From Antedon mediterranea (taxonomy: Eukaryota > Animalia > Echinodermata): 64,000 nt of DNA. Of the stretch, positions 29,701 through 41,659 are shown one piece after another. How positions within the stretch are numbered: the stretch's first letter is position 1; the number at the start of each line of letters is the position of its first letter. The translations under genes were made by a program, and so were the position numbers. The stretch spans positions 4,526,001-4,590,000 of the forward strand of contig NC_092680.1 of NCBI RefSeq assembly GCF_964355755.1. The letters run 5' to 3'. The notes beneath the pieces were generated by a model, which worked only from the letters and a program-made list of their open reading frames with translations, did not search any database and was not told where the DNA came from.

Positions 29701-32700
29701 AAGAATTATTGACTCGCTTGATCAGTAAATGCAATAACACCTCAGAAACACATTTGATAATGATATCAACATGTATAGACTGTTGTCTATGAAATTCAGT
29801 AATTTTTAACGGACCAAATTAGTATGTGTTGCCAAGTTTTTATAAAAACAGGCAAGGCAATTGCAAAAAAAAAAAACTTTAATTGAATTCTCTATCATGG
29901 GATTTTTATTTTACATGATTTTCTGTAATGTACAGTATAGTTCCCACTAGCAATGCAACGTAAGAAATTGCCCTTCCCGTAATTGTGTTTGCCCCCGCCT
30001 GCGTGAAATCAAATCTGATTAGTTGCGCGTCAAGTTGCCGTAGACTTTGTCCGAGTTTACCCCATGTATTTGGCTATATGCTGTTCTATGTTTTCCAGTG
30101 TACTCCATGGTTGCGTGAAATCAGTCTGATTTGATTTCCCGTAGCAATGTTTGTTGTCGTCGGTTCCCACTTGTAATTATGCAATACAGCACTTTGCGTC
30201 GCTGCGTTGCGTTGAATCACGCTAAGATACCAAGTATTACGTGAGAGGAATATAGCATAATAGTAAGGGACGCATTTGTTTGTGTCTTTTATAAACATAT
30301 TTCTTTAGATATACAAATTGAATAGTCTGATGAGAATTTTGTTATGGTTTTTTTTTTTGTATGGATTTTAGCATTGTTTGTGTAATTAGAAAACAAGATA
30401 GAAAATGAGATTTCATTTATTATAATTACATTTAAGACATTCCTGTACATGCAAACATTTCAGTGATAGCACAATACTCTACTGCAATTCAAAATTCTAG
30501 TGTATTCAAAGTTTGTCACACTCAGTATCATACACTGAACTGTAATCCAGAATATATAAGGCTGACTAAGTATAACTGCATGGTTCTGTTCGCAGTCTGC
30601 AAGGACTATAAACTGTTCCTATAAGTCCATTCTATACAAAATTCCTGTGTTAAAGAATCTAGTAATTTGTTTAAATAAGTAGGGGATTTAATACCCAATT
30701 GTACTAGTTCATCCACTGTTGTGGACAGAGCATCTGAATTGGCTCTTTTAGTGGCATGTAGTTGAAATGTTTAAAATCAGCACTATCAGCAATGATTGAT
30801 TGAATGTGCTACAGTCTGCTATATAATGCACATTCATTTGGTGGAGTTTTCCCTTTGAATCTGTCTCAATACCAGCATTTTTTCATCGCCAAAAAATCTC
30901 CTCATACTCAATACTTGAAAGAAATGAATGGTAATTGTTATGTTGGTTATGGCAAGGCAATCTAACAACAGGACACTGAGCTCGCCTTACCAAGATAGGA
31001 ATTCTTTTAATCCTATGCGACACATACCAATTACTGAACAGCACTGTACTATGTACATATTCTCTGCGGCGAGGTGTCTGTAGGGGGGCGGGGACCTGAT
31101 TGTGTCGCAGCCACAGGTAAACCCTTTGTTGTCCGATACTACATCCTGTTAGATTGCCTTGGTTAAAGTTTGTTTATTTACTTTTATTTTGGCATATTCG
31201 TGATGAAGTTATAACACTGAATAAAGTCTACTAAATTCATTATTTATTTCAAATTCTCTTTTCAGAAATCTCCAGCAAAGAAAGTAGGCAAAGCATTGAA
31301 GAAGCCGTTTAAATCTTCCCCGAGTCGGTCTCCAAATTTGCCTCGTTATCCAGACGAACCTGAGCATCCGCTGGATTTATCACACATTGTGTAATTGCTT
31401 TTTTACGATTTTTTAAAAGACATTGTATAAAGCTGTGTCTACACTATCAAACTTTATGTGACAAAAATGTGATGTGCCCATATGGACATGATTTATATGG
31501 TCATGTCACTACTATGGGCATATCACTACCATATTTGGGCACATCACACTTTTTTATCACATAAACTAGTTTGATAGAGTAGACAGAGCTTTAGAAAATT
31601 TAAAAAAATTTCATTTACCATTTTTGCTTGTTTTAGCTAATAAATCTTCTTTAATGAAACTGCCTATTTGATGACATGTAATTGATCAAGAAGAATATAA
31701 ATATAATTCTGAACCATTTTTTAATTAGGAGAGTGTGAAACTATTTGCCACCCCTCTATCTAAGCTAGCTGTCTGCACTACCAAACTAGTTTAACAAAAA
31801 CAAAGTATAATGTGCCAAAATATGGTAGTGATATGCCCATATATGGTAGCGATGCCCATATTAGGGTAGTGATATGCCCATATATGGTAGTGATGCCCAT
31901 ATTATGGTAGTGATATGACATCATTGATAGGAACATGACATTTTTTTGTAGTCACAAAAGTTTGAAAGTGTAGACAGAGCTTAAGTTGGTACCTTGTTTC
32001 CCATTTGAATTATTTCATTTCATTCATTTTATTTTATGTATTTCTATATAGTAAGTCTGCACAATGGATAAGAAACAAAACATGTCCCTGTGCTATTTAA
32101 TTTGAATTACTTACTAAACTGGTTAGTTATCCAATAACATAAGAACTATTGGGCGTGGTAATTGTTTCCATATCTTTTTTAAAATCATAAATTATAGTTG
32201 TTTTAATTTCCACATAGAATCAAAATCAATAAATTAAAAACTTTGAAATGTCATAGTTCTTAAACGAGTACAATTTAGATTCCCTCTAATATAATTTACT
32301 TTTCCGTACAATGCATTCGTTTCTACTCAAGTGAAAGGGGTTTGCATATTTGCAAATGTCAGATTCTAATAATTCATTAAAGTCATTCCCATGTGTGGAG
32401 TCTTGTGCCAAATGTACTTGATGAAAGTAAAAAGAAGTTCCTGGGTCAATACGGTTATTATTTATTTATTCAGTAAAAGTCAGAAAGGTTGTTTTCACCA
32501 ACAATGCGAATGAACCTTTAAAAAATTGTTTTTCTACAGTAATATTTAAGTGAAAAATGAGAAAATTGTGATGAATCTGCTATGAACAACCATATTATTT
32601 AAGGATATTTTCCCCTACAAATCTTTTTTTCTTCAATTTTTTATTTGAATATGCCATTTTAATGTCACACAATAGTTATTCACTTTGACCAAAAGCTGGT

Positions 32701-35700
32701 CTTTTGGGTAAAATTAAACATAAGTTAATAAGTTAAATATTTATTTTTATTAGTTTTTTTTAACAGAAGTGAATAACTTTTATTAAAACTGCAAAATGGC
32801 ATATTTAAAGTCTGATTTTATTAATCTTCATTTTTCATGTTTTTGGAGACATACATCTTTAAAGGTTTCATTTCGAATAAACATTAGTAAAATTAGCTTT
32901 TGCGGTACACCAATTTCAAGCAATTTTTTTTTATGTAATAAATGATATTAATTTAATGATTGTTTATTTATAACACAGACCAGCTCCACCAGCTACAGTG
33001 TTACCATATGAAAATGCTGATCAAAATAGGTTATCAACCAATGAAGAAGAATTAAAAAGGTTAGTCAGTTATTTTCCTTTTTTATTCCATACATATATTT
33101 TTTTGAATGTGTAAAAGAAAAGGGGTATAAATTTATTAAAATAAAATCATAATTTTTATGTTTTTGTTGCATTCTATCTACACTATCAAACTAGTTCGAC
33201 AAAAGAGTGTGAGGTGCCCAAATATGGCAGTAATATGGCGTCATCGTGTCCATATATGGGCACATCACATTTAATTTCACAAGTTTGATAGTGTAGACAG
33301 AGCTTTAGGTTATTGTTACACAATAAATAAATATGTGTAAAATTGTAAATCTTTTCAACACAAAACAACAATATTTAAATCATTAGTACAGTTATTTCAA
33401 AAGTGTTTCGTAGATTGTTAAAAATAAAAGCAATCAGTAATTCACTTGTATCCCAACTAAAATTCAATATGATTGTTTTAATATTTTTCTGATGACATTT
33501 ACAACAGTTTAAATATCAAACAAAAGGCTAGAATTGACCTTTGAACCTTGCAAAACCTCTTTAAATTGCCTTAGTGATAAAATCTTAAATAATGAATGAT
33601 TATTGTCCAAGTGTGCTTGATATCATCATGAATAAAAAATAATTCATATTTCTTGCCTGGCAGATTGAACAACACAAGTGATCCAACACGATTGGATGAT
33701 GAGCATCGCTTAATAGCTCGCTACACTGCATGTCTGGCTTCTGCTAAAAACACTGTAAGTTGCCTAATTGTCTGTTTGTTTGATATTTCTAAATGTTTAG
33801 TTGTAGTAACATTTATTTTTACATGTTTATTAATATGATTGAATTGTTTTTTAATATTTTAGTTGATGTTTTTTTGGTCTTTCTTGTTTCAATTTAATAG
33901 TTCAATGGTTTTTTTTTTATTTAATGTGATTTTTTTTTTTTTAATGGGTAACCTCGTCAGTACTACTGTTCACCCAATGGGCCAAAATGATCCAGCACCT
34001 TGATCAGTGGGACACTCGACGACTATACCTTACTTTTTTTTAATAGTATTTTACACATAATGTAATGTGTAAGTACCCAGAACCAACAGCTTTACATCCT
34101 ATCCAATGGACGAAGCAAAGAGAGTAAACTATTTTGCCAATACAACATTATAGCATAGCAGGGTCTCGAACCAATGCCTCTCATATGCTATAGTCCTTTA
34201 TCCATTACCATTACACCATACCGCTTTCTCAATACTCAGCAATCCTTCTTTCCTGGAAATGAGACATTTTAGTATCTTGTATCTGGGTTTTTGGAAAATT
34301 GTTTTACTCAAATTTATCCAATCTTTTTTAAAGAATTATGCATAACAAGTGAATTATCTGAAATCTAATATTGGACGTTCTTATTGTATGGATCTTCTTA
34401 TAGTATGATGTATTAAAGATATTTTTTTATGAAATAGGTTTCTGCATCTGAAATTCCGTCAGAATTAGATACTAATCGCAGCCAACGCCAGTTGCTTGCT
34501 CAACTGGAAGCTAAGAATCGCGAGATCATGAAGGAGATACAGAGACTAAAGCAAGAACATGAAGAGGCAGTCAAATCAACAAGTCTTCATCGCAACCCCA
34601 CGTTGCTAGCGGAGTTACGGTTATTGCGTCAGAGGAAGGATGAACTGGAGTTGCGAATGGCAGCTCTGCAGGACAGCAGACGAGAGTTGATGGTACAACT
34701 GGAAGGACTCATGAAACTTCTTAAGGTATAGAAGTACAATTAAGTAGTCAATAATTATGTTTAGGTCAAACGTTAAATTACATTTTTCGCATGTTACTTC
34801 CAATGATCATCCACACGATACTTTAATTCAAGGTGCGTCACACCATCTGCAAGAAGTGACAACTACCGATTATGTTTACCATATATATATATATTATATT
34901 GCAGTCTTTAAATTACAGTAATTGTCAGTTAAAATATGTTGTAATATTTTGTATTACAATTATAGTTGCCCATACATTATTGGTTATAAGTTGATTGACA
35001 TAGTCTAATACACAAACGAATTAAACCTTGATACGATAAATAATTCTTTAAAATTGAACACAGTTTTGTCAATATCCTCAATGTGTATGTGTAAGCTCTG
35101 TCTATACGATCAAACTAGTTTGACAATAAAGGTGTGATGTGCCCAAATATGGAGGTGATATCATCATGTCCATATATGGGCACATCCCATTTTGTTTGAT
35201 AGTGTAGTCAGAGCTTTAGATCACTGATACCAAACTTTGATACTTAAAATTAATTGTTGTTTGTCTAAATTGTATAGAATCAAGGATCACCTAAGACCAG
35301 TCCAGTGAACAGTCCACGCCCTGGTGTATCAACTCCTACTCATCGTTCCTCGGTATCAAGTCAAGCCGACTCTATAGGAAGTGACAGTGACAGAAAGGAT
35401 TCATACGACGCGTCTTCGGGGAAGACGTCAAGAAACCTAAGAAATGATCTTCTTGTAGCTGCAGATTCTGTTACAAACGCGATGTCATCACTGGTTAAGG
35501 AGCTCAATTCTGGTGAGGTTTTATGTTATTATACAATGCCTCTCCCAAAGTTCTGTCTACACTATCAAACTTTATGTGAAAAAAAATTTGATGTGCCCAT
35601 ATATGGACATGAAGATTTCATATCACTACCATATTTGGGTATATCACTACAATATTAGGGCACATCACACTTTTTTTGTCAAACTAGTTTGATAGTGTAA

Positions 35701-38700
35701 ACAAAGCTTTATAAACAAATTTATTGTTTAAAAATACATTTTATTTATATAATTTCTAAAACTTGTATTTTTTAAGAAGCTGATGATGATGACGAGAAAG
35801 ATGAAGACACAAAGCAAGTCAACAATGGATCAAGGCAGTCTAGCTGTAAGTTAAAATTGGTGAGACAATTGGATCTCAGCATTTAATACGCTTCAAGGCA
35901 AATTGATTTCCCTTAAAATACCATAAATGAATAATTTGTATTTAGTAGATTTAGTTATATCACAGTATCTTATACCAATAATTTGGTGTTCCGCTTGACA
36001 TGATTCTATATTCGGAGAACACTAAAATAGAATAACAATAATATCATCATAAATTATCACTTTTTAGATTTGTTAATTCGTAGAACGTAACCAAATCAGG
36101 TTGTTTATTCTCCACTCCAATATGATTATATTTCTTTGCAGACAGCAACACAAGGAACAGCCCTCAAACACCAGATTCCTCAGTGGGTTGGAATTCATCT
36201 CCCAGAGCCAGAAGGGCTGATGGTGATTTTCTAGCACAGATTAACATGAGAAAAGATGCAAAGACAATGAGATCAGGACCAACATCAAACATATCTGATT
36301 CGTAAGTATCAAATCTATCATTCATAATACTAATTATTATTCTTTGTTTTGACTTCGACAGTGTCATTTAAAAAAGAAAATTAAAACAAAGAGAGGAAGT
36401 AAACTATTAAAAAAAGAAAAAAACAAATTGTGTCCTTATTAATGCATAAACAAACAGTGTTGTGATTAGCGCCTTGAGCACTTTTAGTGGATATGTGCGC
36501 TATATAAATTGTTATATTATTATTATTTTATTATAATATGACCAAGTATATTTCCATGCAGCCTATAATATAATATTTAGCAAAAATTTACTCTTATTAA
36601 TATTATTGCTTTGTTTACTTCACATATTGCAAAATATATTTCCATCCATTCTTTATATATTTATTAATGTCGGCAAACACATTCATACAAATAAAACAAG
36701 ACAAAAAATAGCTAGATTGCGCCAAAGAGTGGCAAAAGAGGCCAACAGCTTCTGTTGCTGATTAAGCATGCCACTCCAACAAAAAAAGCTAAAACGTACA
36801 GGAATCAAAATCAATCAATCAATTCTTGGTATGAAATTTACCAAAAAATATTCAGTGGTTTAATAATGCTTTTTTTTTATTTTCCAATAAAGCATCTTTA
36901 CAGAAAATAAAAATGAAAAGAAAGGGTGTGATTAAACTTAAGCATGGTTTTACACAATATTTAAATCAGGGAAGAGTGAAATTCACTCCTATCTGGTCAT
37001 ATGGTCATTTTTTCCCTGGTATTACTACATACTGTAGTTACAGTACCTATAATAATGATATAATACGAATTTATAATGTGCCAATTCCAGCAGTAATATA
37101 GTACAGTACAGTACAGTACAGTACAGTCTGATAATATGCCATATGATGTGTTTTCTATTGTAGCACCTATTTCATACTTCATACTAATATTACTTGTGAT
37201 TTGTCAATAAACTTCGATCACTTTCTTCATTTCTCATTGAATAACTGATGATTTATATATTAGTGCAAGATTTATATACTGCTGCGATTGCACACAGTTC
37301 TTGTACAACACAGTAAATGTTTTTTATGCTTCTTTTCTTTTTTTATGGTAATTCTTTGTTTGAGTAGAGTTGTCTTGCGTCCTAGGAGACGTATAAGAAA
37401 CTATGTCGAAATACATCTTGTAAAAGAGACGAGAACTTATAGCTCTGATCCTCAATCTTCCGATTCGTAAGTGGCATGGGTTGCATTGATAATCACACAA
37501 GCCTCACATAGTAGGCTGCATTGGAATAGAATTTGAATAACACTGCTGTGATCTTTAAAGTTAATAATACGTTAATAAACTTTTTAATTTTTATTTCTAA
37601 CAACAATTTATATAAAATGATACTGTATTATCTATAACTTTATTTAATTATTGAATGCAGCTAACAACTCTGCACTGATAACTGTTAATATATATTAACT
37701 GTTTGATTGAAGTATGGACTGTTAACTTCTACGAAATGCTAGCATGGTTTAAGATTTTTAATATAGATGTCAGTTTGTTTCAAAATACAACAGGGTTAAC
37801 ATCTATTATTGTTAGATTTTTTATTTAAAAGAATGTTAACCCTTTCGGTTCATTTACCTGGAACTGAATAATTAAACAAATAAACCTTAGTAAATATACC
37901 ATTTTTGTTTACCTATTGATAATTTAACTACATTGTTTGGCATAAAAATAGCCTTTATATTTATGAATAATGTCTGTAAAAATGATATTATATTTACTAT
38001 ACAATATTAATGAAGTAACTATATAAATTCTAACAATTTTTGCTACAATAGAGTTCATAAAAGTAGTATATTATGAAGACAAGAGAAAGTGACATTTAGT
38101 TTTTAGCCTCCCAATCATAATAAAAAAAAACAATATGTATTACTGTTACTTATTAATAGTATTATATTTGTTATATGCATGTATACCTTTTTGATTTACT
38201 GTTCCCTTGTTGATCATTTTTAAATGTTACCTAGTATTGATTCTTTCATTATTAACAGCCATTATTGATTAGAAGGTGTTATTCTATAGAATAAATTACT
38301 TGAGAGTTGAATTAATTTGAACAACAAGATCATAATACCTACATACCTCGTCTACCTTTTCATCTGCCATTTTGCAAGTCCATGAAAGTCTTCTCTTTCT
38401 AATTCTTCTTCTTTTTATTTTTTAATCTATCAAGCATCCTTTTCCTTCCTCTTGATCTACCGTCATCTTCCTTCCATCACAATTTTCAATAGTCCTCCTT
38501 CCCTAATTCTCTGTCTAAATTGACAATCATAATATTCGTATAATTAAAGTATGTACCTTCCATAGGAGTCTATAAGTTTTGTGTTTTTTCAATGTTACAT
38601 CTACTTTGAACAGATATCTACAATCTGACGATGCAGATTCATACATCCGGACAGATGATGAGAGTATAGTGCGTACGGACGATGAATATGTGATGCGTAC

Positions 38701-39274
38701 AGATGACGAGCTGCCTCGTCATACTGATGATGAGCTTTTAGATGCAGGACGGGTAGGTTTGTACAAACATTTATTGTTTTCAGAGTCATATTGGTTGGGG
38801 GTCAGATTATCAAACAAGCTTAGCAAATATATCAATTTAACTTTTAATTTAACTATTGCCACAATTCTTAACCTTCTGAAAGGTGGAAATCCCATTCACA
38901 AGACAAACGTATACACAAGACAAACGTATACACAAGATGCTCTACATAAACAAAGTCTTATTAAAAGTCTTTGGGAGTGGAGTTGTAATTTGTCATTTGA
39001 AAAAATCCTTTACAGGACTTAAACCCAGGACCCTTGGATTGGTAGCCAAGCCAACTCCGCTTCACTCTCCATAACCTTGTTATAATGACTAGGTTATGAG
39101 GTCAACCTAAGTGTTCAAGTTGCTATATTTTCAAATAGATATTTGTTAATTTTACAGAATATCAGAAGACAGACCGATGACGGAGTGACAGATGATGACA
39201 CTAATATGAAAACTGACGATGAAGGAGCAAACCCTCACTGGGAAGATAACATGAGAAGATGGATAAACCGATAG
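8785..39274 (+). CDS. DTNB: Dystrobrevin (single invertebrate orthologue of DTNA/DTNB), ~718 aa (~751 aa with optional exon)
   Basis: Hand-spliced GT-AG exons in continuous frame: 8785-8833, 12675-12755, 13039-13252, 14028-14113, 14479-14633, 15973-16072, 17130-17296, 31266-31390, 32979-33059, 33664-33754, 34438-34725, 35278-35512, 35777-35845, 36142-36301, [37368-37466 optional], 38614-38752, 39158-39274. Family motifs: [15 protein letters not shown] and [15 protein letters not shown] (EF-hand region), [14 protein letters not shown] zinc finger [32 protein letters not shown], syntrophin-binding [12 protein letters not shown], coiled coils [15 protein letters not shown] and [16 protein letters not shown], and [25 protein letters not shown]. 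Confidence 0.95.
9283..10788 (+). mobile_element. 5'-truncated non-LTR retrotransposon (CR1/L2/Crack-type LINE), RT and C-terminal part of ORF2
   Basis: RT motifs [36 protein letters not shown] (after a frameshift in poly-T at 9558-9565) and [15 protein letters not shown]. Stop at 10405, 3' hairpin AAGGCAATCCC...GGGATTTGCCTT, then AATAAA and a (GAATT)n tail. Confidence 0.93.
11770..11879. mobile_element. Harbinger-type MITE family A, partial copy
   Basis: Internal core ATGGACATGATGATGTCATATCACTACC and right TIR GTTTGATAGTGTAGACAGAG. Confidence 0.75.
16100..16320 (+). mobile_element. tRNA-derived SINE (degenerate)
   Basis: Pol III A-box TAGCCGAGTGG and B-box GGTTCAATTCC at tRNA-like spacing, followed by a non-tRNA body (TGTAAATGAGTACCTGG). 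No intact acceptor stem. Confidence 0.7.
17130..17296 (+). CDS. DTNB: Dystrobrevin exon encoding the ZZ zinc finger
   Basis: aaag|TATTTCATCCC...TCTTGG|gtaagt; translates [38 protein letters not shown]...HQMKEHTSW. Confidence 0.96.
18432..18565. mobile_element. Harbinger-type MITE family A copy
   Basis: Both TIRs recognisable, diverged. Confidence 0.75.
19313..25196 (-). mobile_element. Non-autonomous Helentron-type element (DINE-1/HINE-like architecture), ~1.6 kb, split by a nested TIR element
   Basis: Right end has a sub-terminal repeat and its inverted copy, TAGGTGATCATTTT-attct-AAAAATGATCACCTA (25162-25195), next to AAGAAGAATAAT. Left end has the same subTIR ATAGGTGATCATT (19345-19357), the stem-loop AATTCGTCA-ctt-TGACGAATT (19324-19344) and terminal AACTAG (CTAGTT on -). 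Confidence 0.72.
19493..23794. mobile_element. 4.3-kb non-autonomous TIR DNA transposon with TA target duplication (Tc1/mariner-like)
   Basis: 27-bp TIRs TGGGTGTTTCCATAAATTAAGGGGCCA (19493) and TGGCCCCTTTATTTATGGAAACACCCA (ends 23794), one mismatch, TA on both sides. No transposase ORF visible. Confidence 0.8.
26095..26160 (+). mobile_element. tRNA-derived SINE head fragment
   Basis: A-box-like TAGCTTGGTGG and B-box GGTTCAATCC. Confidence 0.55.
27557..27675. mobile_element. Degenerate pogo/Tigger-like MITE (TA|CAGTAG start); relatives at ~6730-6800, ~12930-13000 and ~18955-19125
   Basis: Shared motifs CCCCTATTAA-GGGACAC and GTGTCCCCT-AATAG; ends are weakly inverted. Confidence 0.45.
30953..31160. 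mobile_element. Small TIR element (~210 bp)
   Basis: CAAGGCAATCTAACA(ACA)GGA ... TCCTGTTAGATTGCCTTG inverted ends. No clean TSD seen. Confidence 0.55.
31431..31590. mobile_element. Harbinger-type MITE family A copy
   Basis: TAA|AGCTGTGTCTACACTATCAAAC ... GTTTGATAGAGTAGACAGAGCT|TTA. Confidence 0.85.
31767..31981. mobile_element. Harbinger-type MITE family A copy with internal ~20-bp tandem expansion
   Basis: Internal unit ATATGGTAGTGAT(AT)GCCCAT repeated ~4-5 times; right TIR intact. Confidence 0.82.
32600..32864. mobile_element. Dispersed TTAA-flanked repeat (Kolobok-like); relatives at ~29320-29665 and ~17660-17830
   Basis: Shared internal sequence GAATATGCCATTTTAATGTCACA...TTTGACCAAAA...ACAGAAGTGA-TAACTT and end CATCTTTAA. 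Superfamily inferred only from TTAA flanks. Confidence 0.55.
33173..33304. mobile_element. Harbinger-type MITE family A copy
   Basis: Both TIRs recognisable. Confidence 0.82.
33930..34225 (-). mobile_element. Degenerate SINE (tRNA head plus Nin/Deu-like core), antisense
   Basis: On -: B-box GGTTCGAGACCC, then GCTTCGTCCATTGGATAGGATGTAAAGCTG resembling the Nin/Deu core start. Confidence 0.5.
34438..34725 (+). CDS. DTNB: Dystrobrevin exon encoding the tandem coiled coils (dystrophin-binding)
   Basis: atag|GTTTCT...CTTAAG|gtatag; translates [20 protein letters not shown]...[41 protein letters not shown]. Confidence 0.95.
35094..35215. mobile_element. Harbinger-type MITE family A copy
   Basis: Both TIRs recognisable; upstream of exon 35278-35512. 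Confidence 0.8.
35549..35708. mobile_element. Harbinger-type MITE family A copy (opposite orientation to the 35094 copy)
   Basis: Both TIRs recognisable; downstream of exon 35278-35512. Confidence 0.8.
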
Positions 39275-39379
39275 ATAAAAGATGACACTTAATTGCTTTG
39301 AAATAACAGAAGGAGTCATCTTAATGTTCTGCCTCCTCTTCAGCAAATCCAAACCAAACCAACCCAAGATTAGAAAGCT

Positions 39380-39620
39380 TATTATTATTATTTAATCTTT
39401 ATACTGGGTAGCCTCTTTAGTCCAAGACCTCTCTCCCAGAGGGCCCAGTGTATAGTATGATGAGTTTGTGATCTGTGGCTGTGTGTGAACTAGTACACCG
39501 GGGTAACCACTACTCGTCTGCAACGATGTACTAGGTTCTTTAAAGTAAACATGAGTTGTGTACACTGGAACTATGGTTTATAGACCTTATCCGAGAAGAC
39601 TCATTCTACCACTAGAACCC
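39380..39620 (-). mobile_element. Nin/Deu-domain SINE fragment in the dystrobrevin 3' region, antisense
   Basis: On -: GTCTTCTCGGATAAGGTCTATAAACC...TTAAAGAACC...GAGTAGTGGTTACCCCGGTGTACT, matching my recollection of the Deu/Nin core. Ends in an (AAT)n tail. Confidence 0.65.
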
Positions 39621-41659
39621 TTGCCGATGTTACGGCTACGTATTACGGTTTCACTCTTCCCTGATACAGATCATCTTTATACTTTGTTATTATAATTATA
39701 ATTTTAAGTACTGTGAATACTATGTCATAATAATAAATACTTGAATACTTAATGTAATATATAAACTGCTAGTTCATACTGTATAGATGACCAGCCATAA
39801 TATGAAATGTAAAAATGAATTACAATGTGTATATAAAATACAGTTAGATGATTAGTTACTGAATTGACAAAATAACTGTTGAATATAAAATGCTCTAAAT
39901 TATAAATATGACTAGTGAGAAGATATATTTGTATAAATCTCATAATTTAATAATTATTGCTACTGTATTTTTGTCCTTATACCTTAATCATATTATATAA
40001 ATTCATAATTTGTACTGTTATACCTTAATTATATATATAGATTTCACCCGTTTGTTATACCGTAATTGTATTCATAATTTTATCTGTTTTTTTATATATG
40101 AATAAGTTTTAATTCGCAGAAAGCTGCTGCATAAAACAGAATCAATGGTCAATATAATTATAGTGTTATTTTGCATAAACAAGGTAGAATTAGCTACGTA
40201 AAATAATTAGAATATCCTTGTTGATGAATGCAGATAAAATGCTTGACCGACTATCAAAGTAAATTAAGTTTATAGGGATGACCTTATGGATTTCAGGCCA
40301 AAATATTTATTTATTACTTTAATTTTGTTGTTATCAACCACCTTTAGGGAGGATAACCCATACCGGTTTTCCAATATCATTGATAATAAGGGTTCTCTTT
40401 AAATTGAATTAAAATACAATAAGCAACAATATAAAAACTTTAAAACATTAACTATCAAACAAAGCATAGTGTAGGGCTAAAGAAAGCAATCGAAGTGTGG
40501 GTGATAAAAGATCATTATTAACTTTAGCATCTCTAAATTTACATTAAATCAATGGAGCATGAACTTAAGGCTGGGCTTATAAGCCAGGGCTGGGTAAACA
40601 AACAAATTACCATATTTTGCAATGATAATGATGAACCATGCTGTATGAGGACTGTCACTATTTCTATGGTAGGCAATCCCTTACTCGGATACAAATCAAA
40701 TGGAGTGTCTCCATCTGTGATAAAAGAAATCATAATCATAAGTTCAATAATATTCGACATAAGAACGCCTTTGTACTAAATATATACTTAAATTGTTTTG
40801 TTTTAACATCATTGTGTGTTTTTAGTTGTATATCTGTTTAGTGACTACATGTATGTTTTAAGGTTTGTTATTTTTTTGTTTATATTTTATGCAAGTGCTG
40901 AGTTTGTGTAAGCAGCTAGTATTAGTAATAGTGTGCTCTAAGTTGTAACAGCAATAATCGTTTTGATATTTTTTTAATCAGATACTAAAAAAAAGATGTA
41001 AATATCATTTCAGCTTCTGCCGAAAATGATCGGAATGTCATGTTATACGTGTTTATTATTAGTTTGAGAGCAAATGTACTGCTTTTGTTAAGTCCAATTT
41101 CATAATCATGGCTTTATAAATTAAATTTGTCAGATTTTATGCCTAGATATGATGACAAATTACTGATTAGGCGTTTAAAACAGTTGCCAACTAGGCATAA
41201 TAATAATGCAATTAAAAAATTTAATAAATTACCCAGTAGGTTATTATTAATGTACTTTTTTTTATTTATGAATTATCAAAGTAACCTTGAGACTAATAAA
41301 CGTTTTGTTTATTTGGAAATTTGTTGAGGAATGTAATACAATTGTAATTGTATAATACATACCAGCTTGTAACGAATAACTAATATTGAATTTAAACGGA
41401 ATTATACAGAAAGCAGATACCCATGTATAAATGTTGTACGAAGGGTGTTATTTGAATACATAGACGTAGGTCTATGATGTAGGACGCCAATTTAATTATC
41501 ATTATTTAATAAATCTGTGTACAGGACACATGTAAATATAATGTATTAAAATTGTGAATCTCAAGACAAATATTTCTTGATACTACTGAAATCTGGCCAT
41601 AAAAATGACCAAAATATCTTTCTTTTTTTTATATTTGTTTTTATATTATTATTTTATTT

